From contig CBDESU010000001.1 in NCBI GenBank assembly GCA_965242695.1, forward strand, positions 896,001 to 960,000: a stretch of 64,000 nucleotides of DNA, in the 5' to 3' direction. Within the stretch, counting starts at the first letter, position 1. Each line of letters begins with the position of its first letter. The translations under genes and the position numbers were made by a program. Under the pieces are notes generated by a model, which ran no database searches, was not told where the DNA came from, and saw only the letters and a program-made list of their open reading frames with translations. This DNA comes from Cenarchaeum sp. GTDB taxonomy: Archaea; Thermoproteota; Nitrososphaeria; Nitrososphaerales; Nitrosopumilaceae. Below are positions 58,401 through 64,000 of this stretch, piece after piece.

Positions 58401-59414
58401 GGACGCCTGTACGTGGGCGTGTGTTCCCCGGGACGCGGGCCGCACACTCCTCTGGTCAGGATATGGTCGCGCTTGGCCCAGTCAGCCCACGAGCACCGAT
58501 CCGATGAACGCATAGACCCATTTTGGACGCTGGTTGGATACTTCAATACGATCAGGGAGCTTGCAGGGACGATGGCACTGTACATGCAGAACATTCCAGA
58601 ATGGATACGCCACCTGTCGGAGTCCGATCCACGCCCTGTCACGGAGGAAGGCACTCGCGATCTGTCTGGACGGACCCCGTCGCACGAACTTCCTGCCATT
58701 CTAGACACACTCAACAAGAGGCATACAAGATCCCGGGCAGGGCTAGACAGCCTCTTTACCACATCCATGTTCGGGACTGGAGTCGATGTCCCCCGACTAG
58801 GGGCGATGTTGGTCTACGGCCAACCCAAAACGGCCGCGGCATACATTCAGTCCACCGGGAGGGTGGGCAGAGAGACGGGTGGAATTGTCGTGACGTTTTA
58901 CAAGGCAACGAAGCCGAGAGATCTCAACAACTATGAGTTTTTTGTCAGACAGCACTCGCAGCTACACAGGCTTGTCGAGCCGTCAACGGCGTTTCCATTT
59001 GCCAAGGGATCGCGCAATAAAGCGCAAGGCCCTGTGATTGTGGGGCTGCTTAGGAACATGCGGAGATCACCGCAGGACTGGGCTCCGAAGGGTGGCGCCG
59101 TGCAGATGAAAGACAGCAGCGGGTCTCGAGAAGTGGAGGGTGTGATACGGACCGTCGTCAGACGATCCCAGGGGCAACCAGCAAGCAGGAGGCCTAGCGA
59201 GGCAGATGTCGAGGAAGGCATAAGGGGCACGGTTGAAAAATGGTGCGATCATGCCAGGCGCCATGATAATTTACAGTATGCAGAAGACTGGGTCGCCACA
59301 ACACCAGTGGTGCTCGGAAGCCCACTGCACGAGTACAAGCGGCTGGATGTGGTGTGTAGAGGCGTTCCAAACTCCATGAGGGACATAGAGGACGAGGTCG
59401 GGTTTGAGACATGA
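55408..59414 (+). pseudogene. drmA: DISARM helicase DrmA, interrupted by a 1-nt frameshift near 56191-56195 (or a sequencing error)
   Basis: The first ORF gives the N-terminus LLGPRGGAEEVL...YITGILSP...PSMGITF...FQPQI...LYR...ARGH. The second ORF gives FRPFQIAFIL, PTGGGKTEAY, RYTLRLLTIQQF, GTVDKFA, PDLIIQDEVHL, LVGYFN.IREL, GVDVPRLG and YIQSTGRVGR. Confidence 0.85.
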
Positions 59415-61225
59415 CGCAGGGAATCAGACCGTCGCAGTTCATAACTACGTACGGGCCGGGGGCAATTTTGGAGGGGCCAAGGGGACCGCGCATAATACCA
59501 GATGCCGACATCGGTCTCTTAAGCGACCGCCTGGGTATAAGGCCCGACGACTATAGAATAGACGACGAGCGCATGTCCAACGGACTGCTGGAGGGCTATG
59601 GTATATACAGACTGCCGACAAACGCCGAGCTAGGACTTGAATCTGACCGCCATGTCTATGAAACACGGCCGTTCCCATGTTGGAAGGTGTGCGCCGATCA
59701 GCACGGCGGCAGCGGCTCGCTCCTCTACGAGCAGCTTTTTTGTCCCATATGCAGGAGAGGTGACGGGCGCAATGCGGTGGGATTTGTCATGGCATGCAGG
59801 AACGGGCATCTAGATGACATAGATTGGGAGCGGTTGGTTCACTACTACGGCGAATGCAAGCGGACAGCATCTGCCAGTATCCCCCGGACCATTGCAGAAA
59901 GCAGTGCGATCTTCTGGAGAAGGGAAGGCCCGACCCTTGCAAGCGTGCAGCTCGTCTGTCCGCGATGCGAAAAAACCCGGAAGTTCAGCTCGATTTACTA
60001 TGGCGAGCACCTCCCGTGTAGTGGCCGGCATCCGCAGAGGCGATCAAGAGACAAGTGCGACAGGCATGCAAGGGTCATAAACAGGCAGGCTGCGAACCTA
60101 CACCTGCCCGAGATCAGGACGTTGTTATCCATACGCTCTACCTACACTGATATCCACTTGGCCGTCCAAGATCCGCTTCTCAAGGTGATGTTGGCGGGCC
60201 GCTCAATCGAATCGAATGCAGAATGGCAAAAGATGATCTGCAATCCAGAGGTCTGCAACATCATGAGGCCTGCTACGGTAGAAGTTCTCCGAAATGCCAA
60301 ATGGGAAGACGTATTGCAGGCCAGAAAGGATGTCAAGACGAAGTCACCTGATACATACCATGGCCTCCTTATGGACGAATTTTCTGGACTCCATGCGGCG
60401 AGCATAGGAGGGGCTCCTCCACGCACTGGGCCACCGCCCAGATCAAGGGTGCTGTTTGAGCTTGATTCCAGCAGCGTCACTACGGCGACGGCTAGCGGCG
60501 GGCATGGATTCACAATAGCACCTGTGCAGACACTCAGAGCAGTCACAGTTCAGAAGGGGTTCCGTCGTGACATCCCGGAGTCGAAAGGCGTTGATGATCC
60601 ACCAAAGCTCGTCAGGGTTTCTTACACTCCCCCGGGAGACACTAGAGGGTGGTATCCAGGCGTAGAATTGTTTGGCGAGGGCATATTCATACGGCTAGAA
60701 GACAACGATGGATGGGCGGACAACCCGGAGGGGAGCCATGCAGAACATTGGCTCAAAGCATGGAGGCATGCGGGATCGTATCCGAGCTTTACATTCCGCG
60801 ATGCAGAGCGGTCCCGCGACGAGCTCCACCCGGGCTTTTTCTGGTGGCACACCCTGTCGCACCTGCTTGTGCGCGTCATCGGCGAGGATGCGGGGTACTC
60901 GGCGGCCTCAATCCGCGAGCGCGTCTACATAGAAGCTGGGGATGGCCGGTACAGGGGAGGAATACTGCTGTACGCGACGCAGCCTGGTAGCGACGGGACG
61001 CTCGGTGGCCTGATTGCACTAGCTCCGCACATGGAAAGAATCCTTCGTATTGCGCTAGAAAGATCCGCCGCATGTTCCGGCGATCCTCTTTGTATAAAGT
61101 CAAGGCTCGCACATGGCGACTGCAATGGGGCCTCCTGCTATGCATGCACTATGAACTCCGAGACATCGTGCGAGCACAGGAACATGTGGCTGGACCGCGG
61201 CGTTCTTTTGGACAACCTGGCATGA
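59411..61225 (+). CDS. drmB: DISARM DrmB (DUF1998 / MrfA-type Zn-binding domain)
   Basis: IRPSQFITTYGPGAI, ACRNGHLDD, GEGIFI, HTLSHLL, GYSAASIRERVY, DGTLGGL and CSGDPLC...CYAC...SETSCE..N..LDR. ATGA overlap with drmA. Confidence 0.9.
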   Translation: MTQGIRPSQFITTYGPGAILEGPRGPRIIPDADIGLLSDRLGIRPDDYRIDDERMSNGLLEGYGIYRLPTNAELGLESDRHVYETRPFPCWKVCADQHGGSGSLLYEQLFCPICRRGDGRNAVGFVMACRNGHLDDIDWERLVHYYGECKRTASASIPRTIAESSAIFWRREGPTLASVQLVCPRCEKTRKFSSIYYGEHLPCSGRHPQRRSRDKCDRHARVINRQAANLHLPEIRTLLSIRSTYTDIHLAVQDPLLKVMLAGRSIESNAEWQKMICNPEVCNIMRPATVEVLRNAKWEDVLQARKDVKTKSPDTYHGLLMDEFSGLHAASIGGAPPRTGPPPRSRVLFELDSSSVTTATASGGHGFTIAPVQTLRAVTVQKGFRRDIPESKGVDDPPKLVRVSYTPPGDTRGWYPGVELFGEGIFIRLEDNDGWADNPEGSHAEHWLKAWRHAGSYPSFTFRDAERSRDELHPGFFWWHTLSHLLVRVIGEDAGYSAASIRERVYIEAGDGRYRGGILLYATQPGSDGTLGGLIALAPHMERILRIALERSAACSGDPLCIKSRLAHGDCNGASCYACTMNSETSCEHRNMWLDRGVLLDNLA

Positions 61226-61349
61226 TTTGTCCTAGCAGGGGGGCATGTTGCAGTCCGTCCGCCGCCACAATCTGGCACTCTCCCCGACGCCTCGTCATTG
61301 CCGCAAGAAACCGCCGTGAGGCCCACTCATGCGCAAGGGGAGGCAACAA

Positions 61350-61500
61350 CTCGGGTATACGATGCGCCCGAGGTAGTCGTATGTAGCGTCGAAGGTAGGC
61401 CTGCGCGTCGGGTCCGCTCCATAGCACTCAAGCACGTATATCGCCATGCCCTGCCTGGCGCGCGTCAAGATGACGGAAGTTACCGCGGAGACACTCAGTT
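61350..61500 (-). pseudogene. C-terminal remnant of a DUF2075 (Schlafen group 3-like) helicase
   Basis: VILTRARQGMAIYVLECYGADPTRRPTFDATYDYL resembles the DUF2075 C-terminus (NAYRVLLTRARQGM.I.VP.G...DPTR.P..YD.TY.YL). A frameshift lies just upstream, at NFR/VILTR. Confidence 0.6.
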
Positions 61501-61732
61501 CAGTGGTTGTCTGGAGCATGCTCAAGTGCAACTGGCGCATCACACGGCAGGACATGGATGAGGAGGCCTCACCGCGGCGTCATAGGTCTGTCGTCCGGTG
61601 TGGTGCAGAGGCGCGGCACCGCCAAGGGACGGCGAATGCGGCGGCCGTCCGGAGCGGAGCAGGATCGCCGCAACGCCCGCCTCGTTGCCCGTGACGCGGG
61701 CGTTCGCTCCGCCCCGCCCGCGGCGCAAGCAG

Positions 61733-62455
61733 ATGCAGTGGCAAACCATGATAAGAGCGGCCCGCGCCGCCCCGCCGTTGGATCCCGTGCGCGCCGATGC
61801 CCTGTGCCGCGAGGGCAACTCGCTGGCCGCCCGCGGCAGGATGCAAGAGGCCCTTGCCCACTTCGAGGAGGCGGTGCGGGCCGACCCAGACCTGGCCGAT
61901 GCGCACTGCCTGCGCGGCCGCGCACTGTCGGTGCTAGGCCGCCACAAGGATGCGATCGCCTCGTTCAAGCGGACGATCCGGCTGGACTCGAGGTACGCGT
62001 TCGCGTACACGGGGATGGGCAACTCGCTGGTGCAGCGGGGGCAGCCGCGCAGGGCCTTGAAGTACCTGAAGAGGGCGGCCAGGCTCGACTCGGACGATCC
62101 GCTCGTCCACTCGGCCATGGGCGATGCGCTGTGCAAGCTCGGCAGGGCAGGCGATGCGATAAAGTGCTACGATGCGAGCATCGACGTAGAGCCGACGGCG
62201 GCAGCCTACGGCGGCAAGGGGGAGGCCTTCAGGGCCATGGGCGATCACGCAAGGGCGCTCAAGATGTACGGCCGCGCCGTCGGTCTCGGGCCCGACTCGG
62301 CCGATGCGCACCACGGCAGGGCGCTGTGCCTTGCCGAGCTGGGGCGGCCCGCCGAGGCGATCGCCGCGTGCAACAGGGCCCTCAAGGAGGACGGGGACCA
62401 CGAGGATGCGCGCGCCACGAGGGACAGGCTCAAGGTGGCCAGGCGCGGCGCCTAG
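61733..62455 (+). CDS. Tetratricopeptide-repeat protein
   Basis: About six TPR units (GRMQEALAHFEEAVRADPDLADAH, GRHKDAIASFKRTIRLDS, GRPAEAIAACNRAL). Start at ATG 61733 or 61748. Confidence 0.88.
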   Translation: MQWQTMIRAARAAPPLDPVRADALCREGNSLAARGRMQEALAHFEEAVRADPDLADAHCLRGRALSVLGRHKDAIASFKRTIRLDSRYAFAYTGMGNSLVQRGQPRRALKYLKRAARLDSDDPLVHSAMGDALCKLGRAGDAIKCYDASIDVEPTAAAYGGKGEAFRAMGDHARALKMYGRAVGLGPDSADAHHGRALCLAELGRPAEAIAACNRALKEDGDHEDARATRDRLKVARRGA

Positions 62456-62492
62456 GGCCGGCGCACCGGAGCAGTCGACAGGGGGGCGTCCC

Positions 62493-63244
62493 ATGAGCGA
62501 GAAAAGACACACGGAGGAGTTCCTTGCCAAGTTGCGCGACGGATGGGCCGGCGTCGAGTTCCAAGGCCGCATGGCAAGGCTGGAGTCGATGCGGGCCCGG
62601 GGCAGGGGCGCGGCGGCCTGGGAAGAGGGGGGAGACGCCGATGCCCTGCGCCAGCTTGTCCAAGCGGCGACGGTCATGTCGTTCATGCTGGAGAAAATCC
62701 ACATCGAGGCGGGGCCCCGCAGCAGGCCGCCGGCCGAGGCCGCGGGCTACGCGCTGCGCCTCGCGGGGCTGTGGGAGGGCCTCTCCGAGGTGTGCCACCC
62801 GGAGCCGGCGGAATGGCATGCGTTTGAGGCAGCCTGCGCGTACGAGCTTGCGGGGGTTCCGGAGGACGCGCGGCGCATGGCCGAGCTGGCGGGCACGGGC
62901 TGAGGCAGGCCGCAGCCCTGCTCCTGCAGCGCAGGTTTGCCCGCCTGCGGTCGTACTGCGAGCCGATCGCCGGCGAGCCCGACTATGAAAAGGTCAGGAA
63001 CATAAGGTACAGCCTGGCGCTGGCAACGGCCGCCGGCGCGCTGTCGGACTTTGCTGGCAGCCTGCTGTCCGGCTCGGCGCCGGACCTGGACGAGACGGAC
63101 ATGCATCTTGACATCGCGCATAACCTGTTCTACCTGTCCGGCTTTCACGACGAGTCGAGCGTGGCGTGCAGCATCCGGAGCCTGCTGGGAACCATGTGGG
63201 CCGGCTCTGCGCGGGGCGGCGCTGGGCGGCAGGGGGGAGCATAG
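62493..63244 (+). pseudogene. Frameshifted, truncated helical protein; resembles the N-terminal region of large DEAD/DEAH-box defence helicases
   Basis: ORF 62493-62903 (…EAACAYELAG…) continues in the -1 frame as LRQAAALLLQRRFARLRSYCEP...NLFYLSGFHDESSVACSIRSLLGTMW to TAG 63244. No helicase motifs remain. Confidence 0.45.
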
Positions 63245-63493
63245 CGCCCGGAAGGGAGCTCGGTAGCCAGTCTGCCGCGCCGTGCGGCGTACCGGGCATG
63301 CTACAAGCTGGCGTACTCGCACCGCCGCCCTTTTGATCGCACGGAGCGGAAGGAGCCCGCGGCCCTGCGGCCCCCCGCATGGCGGCCGCGCGGGTTGCGG
63401 CGCAAGCGCGGGACGCAGGGCCCGCGGGCGCAGGCCCGGGGCTGCCACAGGGATGCCGGCCGCGGCCCGCATGCGCGCCGCACAGGCCCGGAT

Positions 63494-63507
63494 CACACAT
63501 AAGTGTG
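63494..63507. promoter_or_regulatory. Palindromic putative operator overlapping the promoter
   Basis: CACAC-ATAA-GTGTG, 20-33 nt upstream of ATG 63527. Confidence 0.45.
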
Positions 63508-63526
63508 CGACCGCCGTCCGTGCCCC

Positions 63527-64000
63527 ATGGCGCTGTCGATCAAGATCAACCCCGGCGTGCTAAAGTGGGTAATGGACAACGAGGGCTGGAATGCGGACGA
63601 GCTGGCAAAAGAGTCCGGCCTAAGCGCCTCGCAGATCCGGCTGTGGACGTCGACCGAGTCGGACATTGGCATCAGGGATCTCAGGAAGATGTCGGACAAC
63701 TTCAAGCGGTCCATGTCGGTGCTTTTCATGGACGAGGTGCCCTCAGTGGGCGTCCCGCGCTTCCGGCAGGCCGGCTGCGAGGAGGGTGCGCGCAGGTTCT
63801 CAAGGGACACCTTGGATGTGATCAGGGTGGCGCGCTATGTCCAGGGCAATGCGGGCGATCTTATGCGAGAAACCGGCAAGAAGGGGAAATCCGTCGTGCC
63901 CATTGCCACGGTGGAGCAGGATCCAGAGTCGGCCGCGGCCAAGAGCGCAAAAATTCTCTGCGTAGAGACACCCTCGCGAACCGGAAGTGATGGCGGGAGG
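63527..64000 (+). CDS. XRE-HTH protein, probably an ImmA/IrrE-family metallopeptidase fusion (3'-truncated; absent from the ORF track)
   Basis: My translation: MALSIKINPGVLKWVMDNEGWNADELAKESGLSASQIRLW...IRDLRKMSDNFKRSMSVLFMDEVP...PRFR...DPESAAAKSAKIL, open to the window end. The HExxH motif would lie beyond the window. Confidence 0.8.
   Translation, partial: MALSIKINPGVLKWVMDNEGWNADELAKESGLSASQIRLWTSTESDIGIRDLRKMSDNFKRSMSVLFMDEVPSVGVPRFRQAGCEEGARRFSRDTLDVIRVARYVQGNAGDLMRETGKKGKSVVPIATVEQDPESAAAKSAKILCVETPSRTGSDGGR

Noticed and set aside
56190-59414. Treating the two drmA ORFs as separate genes or as a programmed frameshift
   Set aside because: The tail of the first ORF after 56195 is not protein-like and there is no slippery heptamer at the junction. 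A single-base loss explains it.
61222-61386. ATGA-coupled ORF after drmB as drmC
   Set aside because: It is only ~54 codons long, with no HKD phospholipase D motif.

Overview
This is a GC-rich archaeal chromosome segment. CFI-box-CTERM-type anchors, leaderless genes 20-30 nt behind TATA boxes and the collagen/TPR/rhodanese/sulfite reductase/Tat gene set point to Nitrososphaerota (Nitrosopumilaceae). High GC plus giant surface proteins suggest a Cenarchaeum-like sponge symbiont, which is inference. A housekeeping backbone (sulfite/nitrite reductase, rhodanese, TPR, collagen-like, SRPBCC, tatA, tatC, aldo/keto reductase) is interleaved with accessory blocks. These include three giant repeat surface proteins: two tandem paralogs with patchwork identity, and a third whose likely start codon is out of frame across a G11 tract. 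Also present are a 111-bp MITE with a 5-bp target-site duplication, a GNAT toxin-antitoxin pair, and an AAA/DUF4143 ATPase preceded by a 33-bp tandem array. An orphan double substrate-binding protein is followed by two promoter-ORF-terminator units encoding a 38-aa repeat peptide with constant flanks and a variable core. The right end holds a small HNH gene and a lower-GC defence island: frameshifted drmA, drmB, helicase remnants, a TPR gene and an XRE/ImmA-type gene. No rRNA, tRNA, true CRISPR array or reverse transcriptase was seen. All family assignments come from motif recognition by eye, not from database searches.
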